A stretch of DNA of 38,674 nt. It comes from a virus (lineage: Duplodnaviria > Caudoviricetes). Below, piece by piece: positions 15,801 to 25,450 of this stretch (its first letter is position 1; each line of letters opens with the position of its first letter). The notes under the pieces were generated by a model that searched no databases, was not told where the DNA came from, and worked only from the letters and a program-made list of their open reading frames with translations. The stretch lies in the IMG/VR virus record IMGVR_UViG_3300029822_000031, positions 1-38,674 of that record; one strand, given 5' to 3'. The position numbers and the translations under genes were made by a program.

Positions 15801-16196
15801 ATGAATAAAAATGAGTTGGCACAACAAATTAATTGCGAAGCAGATTTAGCTAGAACAATAAGAACAAACTATGAACTAGAATTTGTTGAAGATGAAATAT
15901 ATGACAACCAAAACAAAGTTGAGAGCTGGACAGATAGAGAAAATTCACAAAAAAGTTTTATTCCTGAAAATGATGGTTCTTATGTATATGTTTTATATTG
16001 CGACAATGTCCCTTGCCATAAAGTTGATTATAATAATACAGAAGAATGTGACATATTAGGTGCTACAGACTGTGAAAGTGAAGCTGAATGTTTAGTTTCT
16101 GCTAATACTAGAATGAGGATAACTTATGTATCTACTGAAGATGATTTCAAGGAAATGGGATATTATACAGTAGAGATGGAACTAATAAATGAGTAA
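15801..16196 (+). CDS. Acidic protein with R-S-E ADP-ribosyltransferase-like motifs
   Basis: LARTIR ... VESWT ... ESEAECLV in canonical order; about 30 D/E in 131 aa. Confidence 0.5.
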   Translation: MNKNELAQQINCEADLARTIRTNYELEFVEDEIYDNQNKVESWTDRENSQKSFIPENDGSYVYVLYCDNVPCHKVDYNNTEECDILGATDCESEAECLVSANTRMRITYVSTEDDFKEMGYYTVEMELINE

Positions 16197-16350
16197 AATA
16201 TATACAGAGATAAGAATATCTCATAAGACCGAAGAAGATAAAGAAGAATACGAAAGAAAGTTATATCAAGCACTAAAGTCAGCAGGATACAATAATAGAA
16301 ATGAATTTATAAAAGAATGTATAAGGAATTTAATTAAGGGTAGCAAATAA
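16189..16350 (+). CDS. Small RHH-like regulator (53 aa; not in ORF track)
   Basis: YTEIRISHK...ERKLYQALKSAGYNNRNEFIKECIRNLI; overlaps the previous gene; terminator follows. Confidence 0.65.
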   Translation: MSKIYTEIRISHKTEEDKEEYERKLYQALKSAGYNNRNEFIKECIRNLIKGSK

Positions 16351-16454
16351 GCTGCTCTTTTTATTTACGTTTTAAGACACTTTAAATACTAAAGGTATAA
16401 ACATAAAGGCAATATAAAATAAAAGCCTTAGAATTGATATATGGAGGATAGGAT

Positions 16455-16628
16455 ATGTCAAACTATTGTATACCTAATTGGGAAGAATTTATGAAAAAAT
16501 TAAATGATAATTATATTGATTGTTTGTTAAATGAAGTAAAGAATAGGGAAACTTATATAAACCCAGGCAGAGATAAATACTTTAAAGGATATAAACCTAA
16601 TTATTATTTTAAAGATGTAAGGAGGTAA
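16455..16628 (+). CDS. Hypothetical protein (57 aa)
   Basis: RBS GGAGG; open frame. Confidence 0.5.
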   Translation: MSNYCIPNWEEFMKKLNDNYIDCLLNEVKNRETYINPGRDKYFKGYKPNYYFKDVRR

Positions 16629-16633
16629 TATAT

Positions 16634-17035
16634 ATGGCTAGACCTAAAATATATGATGTAAATGATATTATAGATAAACTAAATACTTATATTAAAGAAC
16701 ATGAAGAACCAATGATTACAGAGTTTTGCTTAGAATATGATATTAGCAGACAATATTTATATGAGTTAAAGGATAAAGAGCTTAATAATAATAATAGTGC
16801 GTTAGCAGACACTATAAAAAAGGCTATTGAAAAAGAGGAAATGTTTTTAGTTAAAAATGCTGAAAGACAGAAGATAAACCCAGTATTTGCAATGTTTAGA
16901 TTAAAGCAGCCTACTTTTGGGTATAAAGATAAGCAGGAAATTGAGAGCAATAATACAAATACAAATAAAACTACAATGGACTTATCAAAGTTTACAGTAG
17001 AACAATTAAAGGAAATGATTAAAGAGGATAAATAA
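16634..17035 (+). CDS. terS: Terminase small subunit (P22 gp3-like)
   Basis: MARPKIY...TEFCLEYDISRQYLYE...AMFRLKQ..GYKDKQEI; upstream of terL. Confidence 0.8.
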   Translation: MARPKIYDVNDIIDKLNTYIKEHEEPMITEFCLEYDISRQYLYELKDKELNNNNSALADTIKKAIEKEEMFLVKNAERQKINPVFAMFRLKQPTFGYKDKQEIESNNTNTNKTTMDLSKFTVEQLKEMIKEDK

Positions 17036-17167
17036 ACTGTTTGTTTAGAGTATACTGTAACTAAAAACCCGAGAAAGTACAAATAATTGTTTGTTACAAG
17101 TTTATTTTATAATTAATAAATAAATGTTTGATAAACTCTTGAATTAAAACAAACACTTTGATATAAT
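17036..17167. promoter_or_regulatory. res-like site (three subsites) overlapping the resolvase promoter
   Basis: TGTTTG at 17038, 17088, 17125 with inverted partners (CAAACA at 17150); GTATAC core at 17050; TTGAAT-17-TATAAT. Confidence 0.65.
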
Positions 17168-17187
17168 AATATTGAGGTGATTGTTAT

Positions 17188-17763
17188 ATGAATATTGGTT
17201 ATGTTAGAGTTTCAACAGTAGAACAAAATGAGGAAAGACAACTTGAAGGACTTAAAAAGTATGACATAGATAAATGGTTTACAGAAAAGGTAAGTGGTAA
17301 AGACACTAATAGACCACAATTAAAAGCTATGATTGAGTTTGCTAGAGAAGGAGATACAATATTTGTTTGGGACTTCTCAAGGCTATCAAGAAGTGTTAAA
17401 GACTTATTATCTATTGTGGAACGATTACAAGTTAAGGAGATTTATCTTAGAAGTATTAAAGAAAACTTAGACACATCAACACCAACTGGAAAATTAATGC
17501 TGACTATGATAGGTGCTATTAATGAATTTGAAAGAGCCAACCTACTTGAAAGGCAAAAGGAAGGTATTAAGATTGCCAAAGACAAAGGCAAGTATAAAGG
17601 CAGGAAGAAAATAAACTATCCTAGTAACTGGAATGAAATATATAACAAATGGAAACATAGAGAGATTACTGGAACTGCTGCAATGAAAGAATTAAAGCTA
17701 AAAAGGAATACATTCTACAAACTAGTTAAAGAATTTGAAGGTGATGCAAATGAGATACGATAG
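17188..17763 (+). CDS. Small serine recombinase (resolvase)
   Basis: IGYVRVST..QNEERQ...SGKDTNRPQL...SRLSRS; C-terminal HTH. Confidence 0.95.
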   Translation: MNIGYVRVSTVEQNEERQLEGLKKYDIDKWFTEKVSGKDTNRPQLKAMIEFAREGDTIFVWDFSRLSRSVKDLLSIVERLQVKEIYLRSIKENLDTSTPTGKLMLTMIGAINEFERANLLERQKEGIKIAKDKGKYKGRKKINYPSNWNEIYNKWKHREITGTAAMKELKLKRNTFYKLVKEFEGDANEIR

Positions 17764-18037
17764 TGATAAAAAATGTTTTATTAGTAGTGCTACACCTAGA
17801 AGCGACTTTAGAAAAAAGAGATTGTTAGCGTTGAAACGTGATAATTATAAATGTGTTAAGTGCGGATCAACAGAAGATTTACACGTGCATCATATCATAG
17901 AGTTATCACAAAATGGTACTAATGAATTAGATAATTTACTTACCCTTTGTCCTAAATGTCATGCTAAAGCACATGAGAATGAAAAAGTACATCAAATAAT
18001 GGTAAATGCTCACTATTATACAAAACATAAAGTGTAG
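17750..18037 (+). CDS. Small HNH endonuclease
   Basis: RDNYKCVKCGS..LHVHHII...NLLTLCPKCHAKAH. Confidence 0.9.
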   Translation: MRYDSDKKCFISSATPRSDFRKKRLLALKRDNYKCVKCGSTEDLHVHHIIELSQNGTNELDNLLTLCPKCHAKAHENEKVHQIMVNAHYYTKHKV

Positions 18038-18047
18038 AAGAAAACTT

Positions 18048-18071
18048 GAAAGCTGAAAGGCTTTCTTTTTT
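18048..18071 (+). terminator. Terminator closing the resolvase-HNH cassette
   Basis: GAAAGCT-gaaa-GGCTTTC + T-run. Confidence 0.65.
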
Positions 18072-18084
18072 ATTGGGTGATGTT

Positions 18085-19566
18085 ATGAAACTAAACAAGG
18101 AAGAATTTAAGAGAGAAGTTAAAAGAGAAATATGTAGACAAGACTTTTATTCCTTTTGTGTGCATATGGATTCTAAATTCTTTACACCTAACAAGCCACA
18201 TTTAAAACTAATAGCAGATGCATTCCAACAGATAGCAGATGGCACTATAAAGAAGCTTGCAATCAGTATGCCACCAAGAGCAGGAAAGTCTTATATTACT
18301 TCATTATTCTGTGCATGGCTATTAGGTAAGCACCCAGATGGAAGCATTATGAGGAATAGTTATGCTGCAAAGTTAGCAGAGAAGTTTTCTAAGGACATAA
18401 GAGATGGAATAATACCAAGTGATAAATACCAAGAAATATTCCCTATCAAAGTAAGTTCAAAGAATAGTGCTGTAGATGGATGGTCAATAGAAGGGCATAC
18501 ACAAACAGCTTATTTTTGCGCTGGTGTTGGCGGTGCTATTACTGGATTTGGTTGTAAGACAGTGGCCATATTGGATGATAGTATTAAGAACATAGAAGAA
18601 GCACTATCAGAAACAGTTATAGAGAATACATGGAATTGGTACACATCTACTCACCTTAGTAGATTAGAGAGTGGCTGTCCAGAGATACACATAGCTACTA
18701 GATGGACACGTAAAGACTGTATAGGACGATTAACAGACGAAAACAGCGAAGAATATGATTCAGAATACAAGGTTATTAATATTCCTGCTTTAGACGATAA
18801 AGGACATAGTTTCTGTGAAGAAGTACACACAACTAAAGAATATGCAGAGATTAAGAAGGTTACAGACGAGTTTATATGGGAAGCTGAATATATGCAACAC
18901 CCAGTAGAAAGTAAAGGACTGTTATATCCTATAGAAGAATTAAAACGATTCTCTTTAGATGAAATAGCGACTAAAAAGCCTGATGGTATAGTCGGATTTA
19001 CAGATACAGCAGACAAAGGCTCAGACTTCTTATGCTCACCTATAGGCAGGAAGTTTGGAGAGTATACTTATATAACAGATGTTGTATTCACCCAGGATGG
19101 AGTAGAGATAACAGAGCCTTTAGTAGCAGAACAGATTATAGATACTAAGTGCGATATAATGAAGATAGAGAGCAATAATGGTGGTTCTAGTTATGCCAGG
19201 AATATAAGAGGATTAATCAAAGGTAAATCTCATTGTATGGTTATAGATGAGGTTAATATGCAGAATAAAGAAACACGTATTCTGATGAATGCCGGATATA
19301 TTAAAGAATACTTTTATTTTAGAAATGACTATGAACCTGGGAGCGACTATGACAAGTTTATGAGATACTTTACATCTTATATCAAGTTAGGTAAGAATGC
19401 TCATGATGATGCACCTGATGCTATAACTGGCTTGGGGGAATACTTGAAATACAAAGTATATTCTAAACCTAAACCACCAGAACATTATAACTTCCCAAGC
19501 GAAAGACCACAACCAGTATACGGAGAGGAAATAATAGACCAGAGTTATATAGATGGAGGTTTTTAA
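18085..19566 (+). CDS. terL: Terminase large subunit
   Basis: Walker A MPPRAGKS, Walker B AILDD, RNase H-like FTDTAD...HDDAPDA. Confidence 0.93.
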   Translation: MKLNKEEFKREVKREICRQDFYSFCVHMDSKFFTPNKPHLKLIADAFQQIADGTIKKLAISMPPRAGKSYITSLFCAWLLGKHPDGSIMRNSYAAKLAEKFSKDIRDGIIPSDKYQEIFPIKVSSKNSAVDGWSIEGHTQTAYFCAGVGGAITGFGCKTVAILDDSIKNIEEALSETVIENTWNWYTSTHLSRLESGCPEIHIATRWTRKDCIGRLTDENSEEYDSEYKVINIPALDDKGHSFCEEVHTTKEYAEIKKVTDEFIWEAEYMQHPVESKGLLYPIEELKRFSLDEIATKKPDGIVGFTDTADKGSDFLCSPIGRKFGEYTYITDVVFTQDGVEITEPLVAEQIIDTKCDIMKIESNNGGSSYARNIRGLIKGKSHCMVIDEVNMQNKETRILMNAGYIKEYFYFRNDYEPGSDYDKFMRYFTSYIKLGKNAHDDAPDAITGLGEYLKYKVYSKPKPPEHYNFPSERPQPVYGEEIIDQSYIDGGF

Positions 19567-19567
19567 A

Positions 19568-19810
19568 ATGTTATATATGATATTTGGAATAGCCTTAGGG
19601 CTGTTCTTTTTTATTGCCACGATTAAAGCTTATACGATAGGCTTAAAGCATGGTAAACAGTTAGCCAATAAAGAAGTACCTACAATAAATTTAAATCCTA
19701 TAAAAGCTTATACAGAGCATAAAGAAGAGAAAGAAGCTAAGACGCAACAGGATTTATTAGAAGAAGGGTATCAAAACATTATGAATTATGATGGCAACCC
19801 ACAGGAATAA
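19568..19810 (+). CDS. Small membrane-anchored protein
   Basis: N-terminal hydrophobic helix; RBS GGAGG. Confidence 0.65.
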   Translation: MLYMIFGIALGLFFFIATIKAYTIGLKHGKQLANKEVPTINLNPIKAYTEHKEEKEAKTQQDLLEEGYQNIMNYDGNPQE

Positions 19811-19823
19811 AGGAAGTGAGTAA

Positions 19824-21662
19824 ATGCAGGAAACAACACAAGAATTTGATTTATATGTTAAAGGCAGAGATTATAATAACAAACTAACACCACCATATTA
19901 CCAAACAGTTGATAAAAACTATAGATTCTATGGTACGGACCATTGGCGCGGTGTTAAGGCAAATGGAAATCCAACACCTATATTCCCTATTACAAAACAA
20001 ATAGTAGATTATAAAATATCTTCTATTGTTTCAAGTAAAACTAAAATGCAGTATTCAGTAGAAAATATTCCAGATAATCCACAAGACCCTAACGATGAAG
20101 TTTTACAGAAAACAGCAGATTTAATAAGTGGGTATAGCTTTGTTAAGTGGGAAAAGTTAAAGATGGACAGCCTTATAAGAGAAGTTCTTTTAAAAGGTGC
20201 TGTTACTGGTGATATGTGCTTTTATACTTACTGGGATTCTACTATAGATTCTCATTCTACAAACGGAGTAGACCCACAAGGTAATCCAGTAAAAGTTATG
20301 GGTGACTTTGTAACAGAGGTTGTAAGTGGTGCTAATGTAATGTTTGGCAATCCTAACGATAGAAGAGTACAAACTCAACCTTATATCCTATTGGCTAATA
20401 GAGATTTAATCAGTAACCTAAAGGCAAAGGCTAAGGCAAATAAAATACAACAGACTGAAATAGATAAAATTGTAGGAGATACAGATACCCAGGAGCAAAG
20501 TGGAGAACGTGGCAAAATAGAACTTGATAACACTGATTCAGATAATTCTAAATGCCTTTACCTTATTAAACTATGGAAAGACAATGGAAAAGTAATGATG
20601 AAAATTGTTACTAAGTCAGCTACTATCCAGAAAGATACAGACACAGGACTTACGTTGTATCCTATTGCATGGGCTAATTGGGATTTAATAGAGAACTCTT
20701 ATCATGGACAGGCAGAAGTAACAGGAATAGTACCTAACCAGATATTAGTCAATCAGTTAGCAGCTAACATAGCTATTTACATGAAATCAACAGCTTTTGG
20801 CAAGGTTATTTATGATAAAACCAAGATAGTAGGATGGGACAATAGGGTTACAGGAGCAATAGGAGTTGAGGGAGAAGTAACAGGAGCAGTACAACAAATT
20901 CAACCAGGGCAAATGAATAATATGGTGATGACATTCTTTGAAAAAGTTGTTCAGTTAACTAAAGACATAGCGGGGGCAAATGATGCTGCTCTAGGTAATG
21001 TAGACCCAAAGAATACTTCGGCAATAATAGCAGTACAAAAACAGTCTAGTATTCCTTTAGAAGCAGTTAAAGATCGTTTGTATCAGTTAATTGAGGACTT
21101 AGGTTATATATGGCTTGACTTCATGCTCAATAAATATGAAGTTACCAGAACAATTTCATATATACAGAATGACAAGACTATGGTTGGGCAGTTTAAAGGT
21201 TCAGACTATAGAGATGTTCCATTTAAATTAAAGATAGATGTCGGGCCTTCTTCATATTGGAGTGAAATAACTTCAATGCAGAGTTTAGATAATCTATTAC
21301 AGCAACAGAAAATAACATTTATTCAGTATTTACAGCGTATGCCTAATGGAATTATTCCTAAGACACAAGAGTTAATAGATGAAATAACAGCACAAAATCA
21401 AGCTATGGAACAGCAACAACAGGCTCAACAGCAACAGGCTATGCAACAGAATGCTCAAAATCAGCAGTTACAACAGCAACAGCAAGTACAGGAACAGCAG
21501 GATAAAACCAAACAGTATGAACAGATGGCTCAATTTATGGACAGTTTACCAAAAGATGTACAGGCACAATTAAAAGCTTTACCGCCTCAGGAAATGGAGA
21601 AACAAGTTTTACAGTTAATGAAGTCAAATATTAATAATTCAGTTAAAATGCAAGGAGGTTAA
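19824..21662 (+). CDS. Portal protein (P22-like) with Q-rich C-terminal coil
   Basis: 612 aa after terL; RFYGTDHW, SYHG..EVTGIVPNQ, NTSAIIA..Q. Confidence 0.85.
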   Translation: MQETTQEFDLYVKGRDYNNKLTPPYYQTVDKNYRFYGTDHWRGVKANGNPTPIFPITKQIVDYKISSIVSSKTKMQYSVENIPDNPQDPNDEVLQKTADLISGYSFVKWEKLKMDSLIREVLLKGAVTGDMCFYTYWDSTIDSHSTNGVDPQGNPVKVMGDFVTEVVSGANVMFGNPNDRRVQTQPYILLANRDLISNLKAKAKANKIQQTEIDKIVGDTDTQEQSGERGKIELDNTDSDNSKCLYLIKLWKDNGKVMMKIVTKSATIQKDTDTGLTLYPIAWANWDLIENSYHGQAEVTGIVPNQILVNQLAANIAIYMKSTAFGKVIYDKTKIVGWDNRVTGAIGVEGEVTGAVQQIQPGQMNNMVMTFFEKVVQLTKDIAGANDAALGNVDPKNTSAIIAVQKQSSIPLEAVKDRLYQLIEDLGYIWLDFMLNKYEVTRTISYIQNDKTMVGQFKGSDYRDVPFKLKIDVGPSSYWSEITSMQSLDNLLQQQKITFIQYLQRMPNGIIPKTQELIDEITAQNQAMEQQQQAQQQQAMQQNAQNQQLQQQQQVQEQQDKTKQYEQMAQFMDSLPKDVQAQLKALPPQEMEKQVLQLMKSNINNSVKMQGG

Positions 21663-21762
21663 AAAATAAATAAGTAATTTTCAGACACCAATTATGGTGT
21701 TTTTTATTGTTTAAATTTCCCTCGAGGTAGGGCAAAAACCTCAAATTAGAAAGGAAGTTAAT

Positions 21763-22545
21763 ATGGAAGAAAATATAAATTCAGTGAACGCTGAACAGAC
21801 TGGAGCCGTAGACCAGCCACAACAAACTGAACAACCTTCTAGTACTGAAAGTGTTAATGGGGAAGTCACTACCTCACAGCAGACGGAAAAAGTTCAGCAG
21901 ACACCAGACGAAAACGCAAAATTTGCTCAGATTCGTAGAGATTATGAGCAGAGATTAACAACAGAAAAGCAAAAGGCTAAAGACGATTTTATTGCTTCAC
22001 AAGGTTATGTTTGGAATAACAAACCTATCACAACAGAAGCAGAATACAACCAAGCCTTACAAGAACAGTCAGAACAGCAAAGACAGGAACAGTTAAGACA
22101 GCAAGGCATTGACCCTAATATAGTTGAAGATTACATCAAAAATAATCCAACTGTTAAATGGGCGAATGACTATATGCAGAATTATCAAAAGGAACAAGCT
22201 AAGCAGGCTCAATTTTTAGAGTTTACACAGGCTTATCCTAATGTAAAACCAGAAGAAATTCCACAAGATGTATGGCAGGAGTTCAATAAAGGCACACCTT
22301 TGAAGATAGCTTATGCTATTGCAGAAAATGCAAAGTTAAAAGCTGAATTAGAGTCTTTTAAACAAGGCTCTAAAACTAATGAGGTTAATGCAAAGAACGC
22401 TTCAACATCAACAGGTAGTGTATCAGGGCAAGGCAATTTACCAACCGGATTTATTACTAAAGATGTATTTGAAGCTAACAAGAAAGACCAGAATTGGTTA
22501 AGTCAAAACTATGATTTATTAAAAAATTCCATGAATAAATGGTAA
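21763..22545 (+). CDS. Scaffolding protein
   Basis: Q/E-rich coiled-coil between portal and coat. Confidence 0.75.
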   Translation: MEENINSVNAEQTGAVDQPQQTEQPSSTESVNGEVTTSQQTEKVQQTPDENAKFAQIRRDYEQRLTTEKQKAKDDFIASQGYVWNNKPITTEAEYNQALQEQSEQQRQEQLRQQGIDPNIVEDYIKNNPTVKWANDYMQNYQKEQAKQAQFLEFTQAYPNVKPEEIPQDVWQEFNKGTPLKIAYAIAENAKLKAELESFKQGSKTNEVNAKNASTSTGSVSGQGNLPTGFITKDVFEANKKDQNWLSQNYDLLKNSMNKW

Positions 22546-22562
22546 AAGAGAGGATGATATAA

Positions 22563-23399
22563 ATGTCAGTAGCAAATTTTATTCCTGAGATATGGACAAC
22601 AGGTATTTTAAAAGAACGTGACAAGGTAATGATTGGTGCTAAACACTGTACCAGAGATTATGAAGGAGATATTAAAAAGTCAGGCGACAGAGTTAAGATT
22701 TTAACTGTAGGTGATGTTGCTTCTTATGATTACACAAAGAATGAAGATATTAACGCACCAGATCAGTTAACAGATGAAGCACAATGGTTAGATATAGACC
22801 ATTCAAAATATTGCCATGTTGCTTTAGATGATGTTGATGCTGCACAGGCTAACCAGAAGTTAATGGGAGAAGCACAACGTAAGTTAGGTATCAAGATGGC
22901 TGATGATGTAGACAAACACATATTCAGTTTATATGCTGATGCTGGAGATACTGTAAATGCTTATACAACTGCTGTAACAAGTGCTAACATAATCACTTAC
23001 TTAGCAGCAATAAACCAGAAATTCCAGGAGCAGAACGTACCAGAAGGAGAAAGAAAATTCCTTGAAGTTACACCAGCAATATACAATAAATTAGTACTTG
23101 CTAGAATTGGTAAGGAAACTATGAACACTAAAGTAATAGATGGTGCTAATGTTCCTGTCCTCTACGGATTTGAGATTTATGTTTCTAACAACATAGTAAT
23201 AGATGGCTCTTCACACCATAAATGCTTAGCAAGAACACAGGGCGCAATAGCTTATGCTTCACAGATTACTGAAAATATTGCATACAAGCCAGAAAGAAGA
23301 TTTGGAGACGCAATTAAATCATTGCAGTGCTGGGGTGCGAAAGTTATCAGGCCAAAGGAATTAATACTTTTTGATGCAGCCGTTGGCGCAGAGAGTTAG
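22563..23399 (+). CDS. Major capsid protein (P22 coat-like, HK97 fold)
   Basis: NFIPEIW...RDYEGDIKKSGDRVKI...WGAKVIRP. Confidence 0.9.
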   Translation: MSVANFIPEIWTTGILKERDKVMIGAKHCTRDYEGDIKKSGDRVKILTVGDVASYDYTKNEDINAPDQLTDEAQWLDIDHSKYCHVALDDVDAAQANQKLMGEAQRKLGIKMADDVDKHIFSLYADAGDTVNAYTTAVTSANIITYLAAINQKFQEQNVPEGERKFLEVTPAIYNKLVLARIGKETMNTKVIDGANVPVLYGFEIYVSNNIVIDGSSHHKCLARTQGAIAYASQITENIAYKPERRFGDAIKSLQCWGAKVIRPKELILFDAAVGAES

Positions 23400-23444
23400 A
23401 AATAACTCTCTTTTTCTATTAAAATTTTAAGGAGGAATGAATAA

Positions 23445-23777
23445 ATGGCAGATTTAAGTATAACAAATGGTGTTAAAAATGGTAGCGTGGCATTTACACC
23501 TACAGCAATAGCACTTACTCAGACTATTCCAGTAAGCAAAGATGAAAGAATGTGTATATATGTAAATAATGCACAAGCAGGAGCAGCAACTACAATAACT
23601 ATTCCAAAAGGCAATGGTATTGCAGGAGTAAAAGATTTAGTTGTTACAGTCCCACAAGCAAGTTCAATGCTTATTGGGCCACTTGAAAGTGCTGCCTTTG
23701 TTAATAAAGATACAGGTAAGATAACTGTAAATTCTGATGTTGTAACAAGCACAACAATAGCAGTAATTCAGTTGTAA
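23445..23777 (+). CDS. Capsid decoration/cement-like protein
   Basis: Beta-rich 110 aa directly after the coat gene. Confidence 0.55.
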   Translation: MADLSITNGVKNGSVAFTPTAIALTQTIPVSKDERMCIYVNNAQAGAATTITIPKGNGIAGVKDLVVTVPQASSMLIGPLESAAFVNKDTGKITVNSDVVTSTTIAVIQL

Positions 23778-23804
23778 AATATCACAAATTATGGTATAAT
23801 TAAA

Positions 23805-23904
23805 TGGTGGGATAGTGATTGCAACATGATAAGTAGAGTCTTCCGAACTCTACTTCCCACTATAAAATAAAACGGAAATAAATACTAACGGAGGTATTTT
23901 TATT
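23805..23904 (+). ncRNA. Structured leader RNA of HNH cassette A
   Basis: Follows TGGTATAAT; GTGGGA...TCCCAC closing stem; 20-nt core identical to 25454-25473. Confidence 0.7.
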
Positions 23905-24531
23905 ATGTCTAAATTTATTGATTTAACAGGGCAAAGATTTGGGAGATTAACAGTAATAAAAAGAGTTTATCCATTTCCTACTAGAACGTATTGGGAATGC
24001 AAGTGTGATTGTGGTAATATTATAACCGTAGTTTCTCCATGTCTTATAAGTGGTCATACTAAAAGTTGCGGTTGCTATCAAATACAACAGACGAAGAAAT
24101 CAAATACAAAACATGGTATGCGTCACAGTAGAATTTATGCAATATGGTGCCATATGAAAAGTCGTTGTAACAATAAAAATGATGGTAAATATTATGATTA
24201 TGGGGCTAGAGGGATTAAGGTATGCAATAAATGGTTGAAGTTTGAAGGTTTTTATGAGGATATGGGTTCTACTTACAAAGATGATTTAACCATAGACAGA
24301 ATAGATTTTAATGGTAACTATTGTAAGGAAAATTGCAGATGGGCGACAATTTCAGAACAGGAAAATAATAAATCAAACAATCACCTTATTACTTTTAACG
24401 GTGAAACTGATACTATGATGAATATGAGTAAAAAATATCATTTAACTTATAGCACATTGAAACATAGGATACAAAGAGGTTGGAATATCAAGGAGGCATT
24501 AACAACACCACAAAGAAATATACAAAGTTAA
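23905..24531 (+). CDS. HNH homing endonuclease (DLTGQRFGRL-type N-terminus)
   Basis: DLTGQRFGRLTV..CKCDCG..SCGC...YGARGIKVC...TIDRIDFNGNYCKENCRWAT; own terminator 24536-24559. Confidence 0.9.
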   Translation: MSKFIDLTGQRFGRLTVIKRVYPFPTRTYWECKCDCGNIITVVSPCLISGHTKSCGCYQIQQTKKSNTKHGMRHSRIYAIWCHMKSRCNNKNDGKYYDYGARGIKVCNKWLKFEGFYEDMGSTYKDDLTIDRIDFNGNYCKENCRWATISEQENNKSNNHLITFNGETDTMMNMSKKYHLTYSTLKHRIQRGWNIKEALTTPQRNIQS

Positions 24532-24582
24532 TTTAAGCACTCGAAAGGGTGTTTTTTTATTTGAGTTATACGAGGTGATTAT

Positions 24583-24837
24583 ATGAAATATATAGGTAAA
24601 CCTAACCTAAGTGTAATAGATTATTACAATAATAAATTAGTATTTAAGTTTGATAAAAAAGGCGAATTTATAACAGAAGATAAAAAATTAATCAAATGGA
24701 TGAAAGAAAATAAGAATTTTATTAAATGCGAAAATAACGCAAAAGGCGAATTTATATGTAAACATTGTGGGAAAGATTTCACAAATAAAGGATTGTTACT
24801 TGTACATTATCGCAAAGAACACCCTAAAGAGAGGTGA
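24583..24837 (+). CDS. Small protein with C-terminal C2H2 zinc finger
   Basis: FICKHCGKDFTNKGLLLVHYRKEH. Confidence 0.75.
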   Translation: MKYIGKPNLSVIDYYNNKLVFKFDKKGEFITEDKKLIKWMKENKNFIKCENNAKGEFICKHCGKDFTNKGLLLVHYRKEHPKER

Positions 24838-24842
24838 AATAA

Positions 24843-25424
24843 ATGTATACAGCACAAGATATATTTAATATAACTGCTGACCTTATAGATGAAAGACTGG
24901 CAAATGGCACTATAAATGCTACTACAACAGCAGTATATAAAGCAAGAACACCAGGGATTTTAAATTTATGGCAGAGTGAGAACGTAAATAATGGGAATAT
25001 GTTTAAGACATATGAAATAACTTGTACTAGAACAGAACCTATGGCATGGAATAAATACACAATGCCAGACGATTTTAAAAATATAGACCAAATTATTAAA
25101 TTAACGACTGATGGTAGATATATTAAAAAGACCGAATATAAATGGGAAGGGAAAAAAGATTTATATATTAATAGCCTATTTGAAGGCACTATTAGAATAG
25201 TATATAAATCAATTCCTACGTTATTAACTTCTATAAATGACACTTTACAAATAGACGAGGTTACATCAATTGGAGCAGCATATTTTTTAGCTGCACATTT
25301 GCTCTTGACCGAAGACCCAGCAAGTGCTTCTTACTTTAATGAAAGATATTCCGAATATAGAGCAAATACAAATATTAAAAATCCTTCCCCAATTGAAGAT
25401 ATAGTTAATGTACAACTATGGTAG
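24843..25424 (+). CDS. Head-tail adaptor (podoviral gatekeeper-like)
   Basis: Position and size; YTMPDDFK...YFLAAHLL. Confidence 0.65.
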   Translation: MYTAQDIFNITADLIDERLANGTINATTTAVYKARTPGILNLWQSENVNNGNMFKTYEITCTRTEPMAWNKYTMPDDFKNIDQIIKLTTDGRYIKKTEYKWEGKKDLYINSLFEGTIRIVYKSIPTLLTSINDTLQIDEVTSIGAAYFLAAHLLLTEDPASASYFNERYSEYRANTNIKNPSPIEDIVNVQLW

Positions 25425-25450
25425 TATTATCTAATTTATGGTATAATATA

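Noticed and set aside
17188-17763. Serine recombinase as the phage integrase
   Set aside because: Only 191 aa with a C-terminal HTH; it lacks the recombinase and zinc-ribbon domains of large serine integrases.
21400-21530. CAA/CAG-rich tract as a functional DNA repeat
   Set aside because: Explained by the Q-rich coiled-coil tail of the portal protein.
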